Below, piece after piece: positions 43,401-52,737 of a DNA stretch of 64,000 bases (positions within the stretch are counted from its first letter, which is position 1; each line of letters begins with the position of its first letter). The notes beneath the pieces are model-generated. The model made no database searches. It was not told where the DNA came from and saw nothing but the letters and a program-made list of their open reading frames with translations. The DNA lies in contig NC_073384.1 of the NCBI RefSeq assembly GCF_028641065.1, positions 16,926,001-16,990,000 on the forward strand. The letters are read 5' to 3'. Source of the DNA: Leucoraja erinacea. Taxonomy: Eukaryota. The translations under genes were made by a program, and so were the position numbers.

Positions 43401-46400
43401 TATCCACTCGCTGTTTTTCCCAGGTCGCTGCTGGTTCCAGTGGACGTCAGTGTCATTCACACCAGCTTTGTGCAAGACACATTGCAACTGCACGGTTACA
43501 CCCTCTGCCACCTTGCTGACTGGCGGAGATTGGGAAAGGATCGGATCATCCAGGGGATCTGTGTGAATATACATGGAGCTCAATGGAAGACATCATATTT
43601 CTCCAGCATTTAGTGTGTAACAGTTTCTAAAATTTGAAACATACTTCCCAGGGAGGCTCAGGATAATTGAAGAGTAAGATTATCGAGGATGTCAGATTTA
43701 TCCATGTTCTCCGGACTTGCTGGCTGACCTTTTAAGTTACTCCAACAGCTTTTGTCTTTTGTTTTTAATGTTTGCCTTCCAAACTGCTCATTCTATCCAC
43801 ATGTTGACTTTAAGTTATTTTGTGTATGAGAACACCCAGATTCTTCTGACCTTACTGTCTCACAACATTAAAAAAATGCTTTATGTCCATTTTACCTGCA
43901 GAAGTGAATGAAGATATAGTCCATCTGACTTGTCCTGCTCTTTATACTTGTCTGTGCCCCTTGAAGCCTCCTCCCATGTTGCTTTGCCTACCAACTAACC
44001 TGGATATGTTATACTTGGTCTTCTCATCCTCGATTGTGAACAGTGAGGGTCCCAGCACCAAACCGTACCTCTCACTAGTCACAGCCCCTCAGCTTGGATA
44101 CCTGCTGTTCATTCCAGTTCCTCCATAGATTCTACCCTACTTTGCTAGTTACAAACATCTACCAACTTTCAGAGATTTCTCAACCATGATGTCCATTTTA
44201 TACATCCACGTTGAATCTGTTCTTACACCGACCCTATTCTTCTGCCTTTGTGTTGGATTCTGATCTTTCCTTTACTGCCGATGGTGCAATGAGTTATCTA
44301 CTTCGCTGGAACATGGAAATTATATTGAGGGGGAATTTCAACCATGCTTCACACTATTTAACATGGATTAGGGGCCCACATCAACATAATGCTGATGAGC
44401 AATGACTCAGATCCAGACAACAATGAACTGTTAGCCTGAGGGAGGGCATGAACACAGGTGATCAACGTGTAACCTGTTTCTTCTCAGTGAGTTCCAGAGG
44501 CCTGGCCTTGGATCCAGTGACAGCGTTGTTGTTGTTGTTGTTGTTGCCTCTGCTCTGTGAGTGGTTCAAGTATCAGTGATTCCTGGTTGAAAACAAGCCC
44601 GAAGTTTTGCCGGTCGGCGGGACTGGGAACCCGTCAAAAGGCTCATCGGTCGGCATGACCGGGAGTGAGCTGGAGATGTCAGACACAAAGAGCAAAGGCC
44701 GGTGCGAGGTTGAACCAGGGAAATGTCTCCAGTGCCTCCAGGTAGCCTGCTGGAGGCACCCCCAGGCCACAAAGATGGCTGGGCGAGGAGAGGAGAGGGA
44801 CTTTGGTTCGTGGGAACTACTCCAGTACATCGAGCTGTGGGCTGACCGGACGTTGCACTTTGAATGATCATGACGCCAAAACATGGCACCACCAGCATGT
44901 GTAATATATGCAAAAATAATTTCACTGCATAGTTGCATATGTGACAAATAAAAAACTATTGAACCATTGGAATATGGAGGCAGCATTAGTTAATCTAAAG
45001 CCATGACAAGTTGTTGTTCTGCTCTCCTGTACCTTAACTCAAACAGCTGTGAGCAGTGCCCTGCTATTACACTGAGCACTAAACAACGTATCTAGTTTTC
45101 TCTACAATGAAGAACACACTGCACATTTAAATTTATTTCCCACAACCCATATCTGACATCAGTTACCATATCAGTGCTCACACCATTAGTGAGGGGCCAC
45201 AATATATTGGTTTCCAGAATCAGGGCTCCAGTACGATCTCCTTAATCTTTCAGTACTCCCGGTACATGTGCCAATTCAAGGGAAGTGAATTACACCCAAT
45301 ATAGTTACACATAGGTTAATAAAACCAAATATAATTTGTACTCACTGGTTACGTTGAGCTGGGTTCCATTCCCTCTGATATCTCCCCACACTGTGCAGTA
45401 ATAGACGGCAGAGTCATTGAGCATCACGTTTGTGACATTCAGGATGAAGCTGCTGTTGGAGGCGTCTTTGGACGGCTGGAACCGCTCAGTGAAGCCTGGT
45501 TTCCTTCGTACGCTGCCTCCTGCCTCGTGTGTTAAAACCCACTCCATGTCCTGCCCGGGTAGTTCTCGGTACCAGTGGACATCAGTGTTTCCCACTTCAG
45601 CGTTCTCCATGGAGCACCATAACCGTGCCGTGTGACCCTCAGTGACACGGTCCAGCCTCGGGAATTGGATCAGGATTGGAGGATTTGCAACTTGAAAGGG
45701 AAAATATCAACAGATGAACACTAATGTTGGAGTTGCTAAATACTTCATGTGTTTCAACTTAAAATACATTCATCCTTTGTCATTAGATAACCTCATGTAA
45801 AAGTAATGCTAACTTGGTTAGCAACTGATATTAAAATCATGATTGCAGCTGATTGCAACTTTCTCCCTGTTCACGATTATCTTTCACTCTCTCACTCTCT
45901 TTCTCTCTCTCTCCCTCCAGTGTTGGGAGGTGTTGCCTCACAATGGGGATTTCATTTTTCATTTAGCTTTGTTTAGTCGTGTATTTAGTCCTTTGCTGCT
46001 ACAGAGATAAGCAGATCTCTGTATATTGGAGGAATAAGAGGGTATGGAAATAGTACAGATAGATCATTGAGGTGGTAATGCTTAGTTTACTTTAGTGTAA
46101 AGATGCAGCATGGAAACAGGTCCTTCACTCACTGAGCCCATGCTGACCATTGAGTAATTGATCTCAGTGTGGCAGACGGTGCAACTAGGTTCAAATGTTT
46201 CTTTATTAGTCACGTACACCGAGGTGTAGTGAAATGCTTGTTGCCAATGCAGCACATAAAAAAAGAATACAAACATGACAATAATAAAGAAATTTAACAT
46301 AAAAAACATCCCTCCACAATGGTTTCCATTATGAGGGAAGATACTAAGTCCAGTCCCATCCCCATGTCCGCCCATAGTTGGGCCTATTGAGGCCTCCGCA

Positions 46401-47761
46401 GTCGCCGCTACGGAGGCCCAATGTTCCAGGCTGTTCTCGCTGGGTAATGGTGCTCTGGCATCGGGAGAATCTTCTCCGCGGCATGGGACACCTGGAGCGG
46501 CCGCCTCCTTACTCGAGACCGCGTCTTCCAAAACCAACAAGGACGCGCCGGATGGAGTTCCACAACTGGTGATCTCGGTGAGAGATCCCAGGCTCCCGAT
46601 GAAAAGTTCAGCGCTTTCGGCCGCTTCATCGGCGGACCTCAGCTTACCGGATCTCCAGCGCGGCGACCCGGGCAAGGCATCACCCGCTCTGCGATAGTGC
46701 TCCAGCGCTGTGCCGCTGCCGAAGCTGAGGTTCTGGGTGGTCCCCTCAGGAAACGCCGTTCCAGGCCCGCTGGTAGGCCGCGAGGACGGGTCGACGGTGC
46801 AGCCCGGAGAAAAGCTTCCTCTCCGACCAGGTAGGGACCCTGAAAGATAGTTTCCCCATTCCCCCCCCACCCCTCATATAAAAAAGACTAGAACTCCAGA
46901 ACAAAAACACTTTAACTAACTAAAAATAAAAAAAAAGATTAAAAAACGGACAGCTGCAGGACATACCATACAGGTATGGTGCCCCAACTAATAGTGCCCG
47001 TGCATAAACTGTGAATGGCTCGATTGTAATCATGTATTGTCTTTCCGCTGACTGGTTAGCAGGCAACAAAAGCTTTTCACTGTACCTCGGTAGATGTGAC
47101 AATAAAGTAAACTCAAACAAAAGTGATTATAAATAAAGAAACTAGCCTACCTATACTGTAATTTCTTTACATTCATCTGTTCACACTATGTGTACCTCTC
47201 TGGCAATGCCGAATTACCTTCTCCATCCTGATCTCAGAACGCAGTAACGAGTGATCTGCATTATTCAGTTAAAAAATAATTTTGACCTATTTTCATTCTC
47301 CATTTTGCAGTGTGAACTTTTAATGATGTTTGTCTCTGTAAAACTGACAACATGACATCATGATTCCTCGTGATGTTAGGATTGGAATTAGAACCAATTT
47401 AAATACTCACTGGTTACATTCAGCTTGGTTCCTTTTCCAAATAAAGTCCCCCAAATGTTACAGATGTAATCAGCAGAGTCGGCAATCTTCACCTCTCTGA
47501 TGGTCAGTGAGTAGCTGTTACTGGTGGCATTCCTGGAAAGCTGAAATCGATCGGAGAAGCCCAGTGACCTGTAAGTGTAGCCATTGACATAAAGACTAAG
47601 TTTGATTTCTCCATTACGTGAGTTGAACCAGTGAACGTCGAATTTGTTCACAATGGCATCCACATTGGTGCTGTTCAGGACACACCGTATCTCCACTGTT
47701 TCACCTTCACGCACCACCAGAGCACCTGGGGATTGGATCAGGACTGTGTTTGCCTTTAGAC
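22328..47761 (-). CDS. Multi-exon gene: type I membrane receptor with six VJ-type Ig V-set domains, neutral TM and ITIM/ITSM tail (inhibitory immune-type receptor); leader exon not located
   Basis: Ten exons with canonical AG/GT sites and compatible phases (47411-47761, 45346-45690, 43211-43558, 38260-38604, 34922-35269, 29917-30261, 28147-28294, 26283-26326, 23885-23928, 22328-22444) total 2435 nt and read without internal stops to TAG at 22328-22330. Confidence 0.88.
22625..23645 (-). mobile_element. CR1 ORF2 3' fragment (intronic)
   Basis: QGSVLGP...ISKFADDTK, LVRPHLEYCVQFW, QRVVSGWNKLP. Confidence 0.88.
23885..23928 (-). CDS. Cytoplasmic exon 2
   Basis: ttatttcag|TT GAA ACC... to ...ACT ATG|gtaagt; 44 nt, phase 1-0; VETKTNTEPAPNVTM; bridges the phases of its neighbours exactly. 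Confidence 0.75.
26283..26326 (-). CDS. Cytoplasmic exon 1 (NPVYSTV)
   Basis: tttcactag|G AAC TCT... to ...GTT ACA G|gtaaaa; 44 nt, phase 2-1, matching the TM exon; encodes NSTEDLNPVYSTVT. Confidence 0.75.
27085..27370 (+). mobile_element. HE1-like tRNA SINE
   Basis: TGGCGCAGCGGTAGAG head plus family body. Confidence 0.7.
27720..28010 (-). mobile_element. HE1-like tRNA SINE
   Basis: Reverse-complement SINE body with (TAAAC)n-type tail. Confidence 0.7.
28147..28294 (-). CDS. Transmembrane exon
   Basis: tttttcag|AT CAA ACA... to ...GAA GG|gtgagt; 148 nt, phase 1-2. NQTYEKLSSK-ILGGIVACVLVFVLLFIILAIAVCY-MKKWVCFQHMFKSEG: uncharged hydrophobic span then a KK stop-transfer signal. Confidence 0.9.
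28960..29625 (+). mobile_element. Penelope-like element ORF fragment
   Basis: VLSRGINFVP...SNLSPPE...LRNNPDWVIKPANNGGAMVVW, the N-terminal region of a PLE RT. Confidence 0.8.
29917..30261 (-). CDS. Ig V exon 6 (type B, membrane-proximal)
   Basis: cattaaag|AT GCA AAT... to ...GTC ACT A|gtaagt; 345 nt, phase 1-1; ends YYCTVWGDIRGNGTKMIVT. Confidence 0.92.
30371..30489. mobile_element. Short retroposed insertion with 12-bp TSD (also present in the duplicate, ~38712-38830)
   Basis: TAGTCATTCTAT at 30359-30370 and 30490-30501. Confidence 0.6.
31590..34150 (-). mobile_element. CR1 ORF2 3' portion interrupted by a GC-rich non-autonomous retroposon (~32831-33730)
   Basis: KSPGPD...NYRPVS (33625-34221 ORF) continues as YLDFQKVFDKV...FADDTK (31964-32797 ORF); TATAAG repeated at the insert edges. 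Confidence 0.88.
34922..35269 (-). CDS. Ig V exon 5 (type C)
   Basis: cacacag|AT CCC ATG... to ...GTA ACT G|gtaagt; 348 nt, phase 1-1; paralog of V exon 3. Confidence 0.9.
35727..36914 (-). mobile_element. Penelope-like element insertion with 13-bp TSD
   Basis: LSRGLTFVP...IKPADKGGAMVVW; ATGTTATACTTGG at 35714-35726 and 36915-36927; single empty site at 44006-44018 in the duplicate. Confidence 0.9.
38260..38604 (-). CDS. Ig V exon 4 (type B, chimeric flanks)
   Basis: cattaaag|TT GCA AAT... to ...GTA ACC A|gtgagt; 345 nt, phase 1-1; near-identical to V exons 2 and 6. Confidence 0.9.
39895..42450 (-). mobile_element. Duplicate of the CR1 plus nested retroposon block
   Basis: Near-identical to 31590-34150. 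Confidence 0.88.
43211..43558 (-). CDS. Ig V exon 3 (type C)
   Basis: cacacag|AT CCC CTG... to ...GTA ACT G|gtaagt; 348 nt, phase 1-1. VQLQC...DVHWNQQRPG...DTAVYNCSVWSYIYGAGSQLNVT. Confidence 0.92.
45346..45690 (-). CDS. Ig V exon 2 (type B)
   Basis: tttcaag|TT GCA AAT CCT... to ...GTA ACC A|gtgagt; 345 nt, phase 1-1. ARLWC...DVHWYRE...DSAVYYCTVWGDIRGNGTQLNVT. Confidence 0.92.
46186..46970 (-). mobile_element. GC-rich non-autonomous retroposon
   Basis: Shares its body (GCGCTGTGCCGCTGCCGAAGCTG...GGCCGCGAGG...GACCAGGTAGG) with the 32831-33730 and ~59690-60515 copies. Confidence 0.65.
47411..47761 (-). CDS. Ig V exon 1 (type A, membrane-distal)
   Basis: cccacag|GT CTA AAG... to ...GTA ACC A|gtgagt; 351 nt, phase 1-1. 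GLKANTVLIQSP...VEIRC...DVHWF...SDRFQLS...YSLTI...DSADYICNIWGTLFGKGTKLNVT has B-strand Cys, C-strand Trp, DxAxYxC and FGxGT. Confidence 0.92.
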
Positions 47762-47949
47762 CTGTGGGTAATAACAACAAAAGATCAGAACAGATGATGA
47801 TCACAAAAATAATTTGAAACAAAAGGCAGCATGAAAGATCTTGGATATTCATGAATGTTCTGCACATGTATCCTCAATTTGTAAACTCTCTTGTTTTCTC
47901 CTGAGCAGTAAATCAAGAACAAAGCTGGCAGTTCTAGTAATATTAATTT

Positions 47950-48525
47950 AGTATAGGAGCAGGGAGGTTTTACTGCAGTTGTACAGGGTCTTGGTGAGAC
48001 CACACCTGGAGTATAGCGTACAGCTTTGTTCTCCTAATCTGTGGAAGGACATTCTTGCCATAGAGGGAGTACAGAGAAGGTTCACCAGACTGATTCCTGG
48101 GATGTCAAGACTTTCATATGAAAAAAGACTGGATGGACTTGGCTTGTACTCGCTAGAATTTAGAAATTTGAGGGGGGATCTTATAGAAACTTACAAAATT
48201 CTTAAGGGGTTGGACATGCTAGATGCAGGAAGATTGTTCCCGATGTTGGGGAAGTCCAAAACAAGAGGTCATAGTTTAAGGATAAAGGGGAAATCTTTTA
48301 GGACTGAGTTGAGAAAAACATTTTTCACACAGATAGTGAATCTCTGGAATTCTCTAGAGTTAGATGTGGCCCTTGTGGCTAAAGGGATCAGGGGGTATGA
48401 AGAGAAAGCAGGTACAGAATACTGAGTTGGATGATCAGCCATGATCATATTGAATGGTGGTGCAGGCTCGAAGTGCCGAATGGCCTACTCCTGCACCTAT
48501 TTTCTATGTTTCTATGTTTCTATGT
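47950..48525 (+). mobile_element. CR1 3' fragment
   Basis: YRVLVRPHLEYSVQ...TRGHSLRIKG and (TTTCTATG)n tail. Confidence 0.88.
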
Positions 48526-49329
48526 ATATGTAAGATTTTGTTGCAGTCGGATAAAGACTAAGGAAATTCAACATTCTTCCAACAGCACTTACAAATGTCT
48601 ACACATGGACCGCATAAAGCATCCTATTGATTACATCACCGCCTAGTTTGGTAATTACTCTACCCTACACTCCACGCTGCCTCGGGAAAGCAACCAACAT
48701 CGTGAAAGACCATTCACTCCCCTGTCATTCCTACTTGTCCCCTCTCCTGTCGGGCACTGGACACAAAACTTCACAGCATCCGGCAGCAGTTCTACGATAC
48801 AATACGATAACATTTTATTCATCCCCGGAGGGAAATTGGTCTGCCAACAGTAACAAAACTCAAGGTACTCAAATACTTGAAATTAAAAATGAAAAAAAAG
48901 AAAATGACAAGCAACTGTTGGCTGGCTGCTGTGTGTACAGCGCCTTAACCAGAACGAACGAACAAACAAAACAAACAAACACATGCTTATGCCCTAGGAA
49001 GAGGATTCTAAAACTAAAGTGCCCCGGACACCAGTTCCCATTTTGGTCTCCCACCGTCCCTCAATGCAGTACCCCCATGCCGGGCCCCCATTGTTCTTTG
49101 CAACAGCCCTCACTTTCCTTGGCTCCTACTCTTTCCCTGGTTACCCTCTTACTCTAATACAATTGTTCAATCCTTGGGATTCTTCATAATTTTTAATTTT
49201 TTCTTGCCCCTTTCCTCTCCTCATTTTTTTTTTAAAGTAGCCTTTTGCTCTGTTTAAACCCAAGTGTCTCTCCTGTTTTCATTTGCCTATGCCTGCCAAA
49301 TGCTTCCCTTTACTTCATCAAATGTGGGT

Positions 49330-49610
49330 GCTACGTTAGTGCATGAAGACTGCTGCCTCACAGAGCCAGAGACACGGCTTCAATCCTGATCTCAGGTGCT
49401 GTCTGTGTGGCGTTTGCATGTTCTCCCTGTGTGACCACATGGGTTTCCACCGGGTGCACCGGTTTCCTCCCACATTCCAAAGACGTGCGCGTTTGTAGGT
49501 TAGTTGGCCTCTATAAATTGCCTCTATTGTGTAGGGAGTGGATGAGAAGTGGGATAACATAGAACTAGTGTGAACAGGTAATCAATGGTCGGCATGGGCT
49601 CGGTGCTCGT
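49330..49610 (+). mobile_element. HE1-like SINE
   Basis: Family body (GGTGCTGTCTGTGTGG...TTCTCCCTGTG...GGTTTCCTCCCACATTCCAAAGAC). Confidence 0.65.
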
Positions 49611-50088
49611 TGCTTTGTGTTCCCTGATCCTACTATCTTAACCTTTCACTTCTCCAGGATTGTTAGCTCTGAAACTGCACAAATCTCACTATTAGAAGAC
49701 TCCTACAACCAAATGCTCCCAATCTGCTTCCACCAGGTGCTGCCTTATTGAAATCAGGCTGCCCCAATTTAGGACCTTGTCCTCAGCACCAATTTTCTCC
49801 CTTTCCATTACTGTCTTGAAACTTAAAGCAAATTAACATCAATAAAATGACATCAATAAATTAACACCAATAAAATAACACCAATAAAATGATCCATTGC
49901 TAAAAAGAACATTTCCTGGAAGAACTCAGCCTGTCAGGCAGCATATGTGGACCAGTCTGGACGCCAAATTTCAACTGTCCATTTCCCTTACCAGTGGTTG
50001 CCTGATTTGCCGAGTTCCTCTTGCATTTTGTTTATTGCTCCACATTCCAATATCTGCCATATCTTGTGTCTCCATGCTCCAGGGATCC

Positions 50089-51280
50089 ACAGACCACAGT
50101 CTGTTCATATTGGTGGAAATGTGTCAGACTCGATAACAATCAGCACGGGAGCACCTCAAGGCTGCGTGCTCAGCCCCCTGCTGTACTCACTCTATACTCA
50201 TGACTGCGTAGCCGGTCATAGTGGGAACTCCATCATCAAGTTCGCTGACGACACCACTATTGTGGGACGTATCACTGATGGGGATGAGTCCGAGTATAGA
50301 AGAGAGATTGAGCAACTGTCCATATGGTGCCAGCACAATAACCTGACCCTCTACACCAGCAAAACCAAGGAACTGATTGTGGACTTTGGAAGGAGTAGGA
50401 TGGGGACCCACAGTCCTGTTTATATAAACGGGTCAATGGTTGAAAGGGTCAAGAGCTTCAAATTCCTGGGTGTGCACATCTCGGAAGATCTTTCCTGGTC
50501 CGAGAACACTGATGCAATTATCAAAAAAGCACATCAGCGCCTCTACTTCCTGAGAAGATTACGGACAGTCGGTTTGTCAAGGAGGACTCTCTCTAACTTC
50601 TCCAGGTGCACAATAGAGAGCATGCTGACCGGTTGCATCGTGGCTTGGTTCGGCAACTTGAGCGCCCTGGAGAGGAAGAGACTACAAAAAGTAGTAAACA
50701 CTGCCCAGTCCATCATCAGCTCTGACCTTCCTTCCATCGAGGGGATTTATCGAAGTCGCTGCCTCAAAAAGGCTGGCAGTATCATCAAAGACCCACACTA
50801 TCCTGGCCACACACTCATCTCCCTGCTACCTTCAGGCAGAAGGTACAGGAGCCTGAAGACTGCAACAACCAGGTTCAGGAACCCCACAGCCATCATGCTA
50901 TTAAACCTGGCTCAGCCAAAACTGAACATTAATAACCCATTGGTTACACAGAAAAACTGGAGAAACTCAGCGGGTGCAGCAGCATCTTCAGAAGAAGGGT
51001 TTCGGCCCGAAACGTTGCCTATTTCCTTTGCTCCATAGATGCTGCTGCACCCGCTGAGTTTCTCCAGTTTTTCTGTGTAACCTTCGATTCTCCAGCATCT
51101 GCAGTTCCCTCTTAAACATTAATAACCCATTATTTGTTATTTGCACTTTATCAGTTTATTAATTCATGTGTTTTGTAGTAAATGCCTACTATGTTCTGTG
51201 TGCTGAAGCAAAGCAAGAATTTCATTGTCCTATCAGGGACACATGACAATAAACTTGAACTTGAACTTGAACTTGAACTG
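50089..51280 (+). mobile_element. Rex1/Babar-clade LINE, 5'-truncated RT
   Basis: RPQSV...STGAPQGCVLSPLLYSLYTHDC...IIKFADDTTIVG...KTKELIVDF...KKAHQRLYFLRRL; (AACTTG)n tail. Confidence 0.85.
50942..51114. mobile_element. Palindromic Penelope-terminus mini-element with 17-bp TSD, nested in the Rex1 3' end
   Basis: AACATTAATAACCCATT at 50925-50941 and 51115-51131; inverted arms GGTTACACAGAAAAACTGGAGAAACTCAGCGGGTGCAGCAGCATC. Confidence 0.75.
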
Positions 51281-51829
51281 CTACCATTAGCCCAGCCTTA
51301 TTTCCCAAGATTAGGTCCAGTGCAGCTAATAGGACTATCTACACATTGGCTGAACTCTCCCGGGTTTACTTTACTAATTTTTCCCCATTTAAACCCTTTG
51401 CACTAATGCACTCTCAGTCAATATTGGAGAAGTATAAATCCCCCACCATTAAAACCCTACTCCTCTTGTATTGGATGTGGACCATTGGCTTAAAGATTAA
51501 TCTGCAGTACAATTCTGCTCCATTTGGGAAGATTTGTAGGGAGGATGCAGTTGTAAGAGAAAGAGTGTAACAGCAAGAACTTTCACCATTAGGCCCTACG
51601 ACCCATGATGTCTGCGCTGAACATGCCGCCTACTTAAACTAATCTCTTCTGCCTGCACATCCCTCCATTTCCTGCATATTTACTTGCCTATCTAAAATGT
51701 TCTTAAATGCTACTATCGTATCCACAATCACCACTGACAGTACATTCCAGGTGCCTAAATATAGCCAAAAAAACGGCTTTGTATCTTCTTTAAATTTTTC
51801 TCTTCTCACCTTCAACCCAATGTCTAAGA

Positions 51830-52070
51830 GTGGCACGGTGGTGCAGCGGTAGAGTTGCTGCCTTACAGAGCTTACAGTGCCTAAGACCCGGGTTTGATCC
51901 TGACTACAGGTGCTGTCTCTACCAAATTTGTACGTTCTCCCCGTGACCAGGTCGGTTTTCTCCGAGATCTTTTGTTTCCTCCCACACTCCAAAGACATAT
52001 AGGTTTGTAGGTTAATTGGCTTGATATCAATGTAAAATTGTCCCTAATGTGTGTTGGATTGTGAATGTAT
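51830..52070 (+). mobile_element. HE1-like tRNA SINE
   Basis: GGCACGGTGGTGCAGCGGTAGAG...GACCCGGGTTTGATCC head. Confidence 0.75.
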
Positions 52071-52737
52071 GTATAATCTTCTGGATCTTCTGCCAGCCTT
52101 CTTCACTGTCCACAATCCATACATTTTTGTGTTATTTGTAAACGTACTGGCATAGGAGCTGAACCCCACTGATCTCCTCTGCTACGTCCTTCACCTTGTT
52201 GAATATTGATGCAAAGTACTCCTTTAGTACCTCACCTGCATCCTCTGACTCCAAGCTTTAAATCCCTCCTTTTGCGCTGTGTGATCCCATCTTCTCGCTA
52301 GTTACCCACTTGTTTAAATGTGTGTCTAAATGCCTTGGGATTGTTGTTAATTCTGTTTGTCAAGGGCATTTCATGGCCCCTTTGGTCATCCTACTTCCCT
52401 GCTTTAGTTCCTTCCTGCATTCTTTATATTCCTTAAAGTTCCTGTCTGATTTCATCTTCCTACATATTACAAATGCGTCTGTTTCCTTTTTGGCCAAATT
52501 TACAAAGTTTTGCTGCCTGCTTCCCATTCTTTCCCTACTCCTCAAGTTACCCCAGCATTCCCTCTCTCTCTATCCCTCCCCCACCCAAGTCGCACCAGCT
52601 TCTCGTTTTCACCCAACATACAGCTAACAATGGGCTGTTTCCTTTATCATCATTATTTTTTGCATATCTTTCATTCATTGTTCTTTATCTCTCTACATCA
52701 TCATCTATATCTCTAGTTTCCCTTATCCCTATCTAGT

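Larger units (their letters stand above)
29940..45705. repeat. Intragenic tandem segmental duplication (unit ~7.1 kb; ~8.3 kb in the copy with a Penelope insertion) carrying one B and one C Ig exon
   Basis: ~29940-38600 aligns by eye to ~38280-45690 including intronic TEs; offset 8343 at V6/V4, 8289 at V5/V3, 7086 at V4/V2. Confidence 0.92.

Noticed and set aside
29917-47761. Rearranging Ig/TCR V-segment cluster
   Set aside because: Each V already contains its J-like strand and a splice donor. There are no heptamer-spacer-nonamer RSSs, no D/J segments and no C1 exon, and the exons splice to a TM plus ITIM tail.
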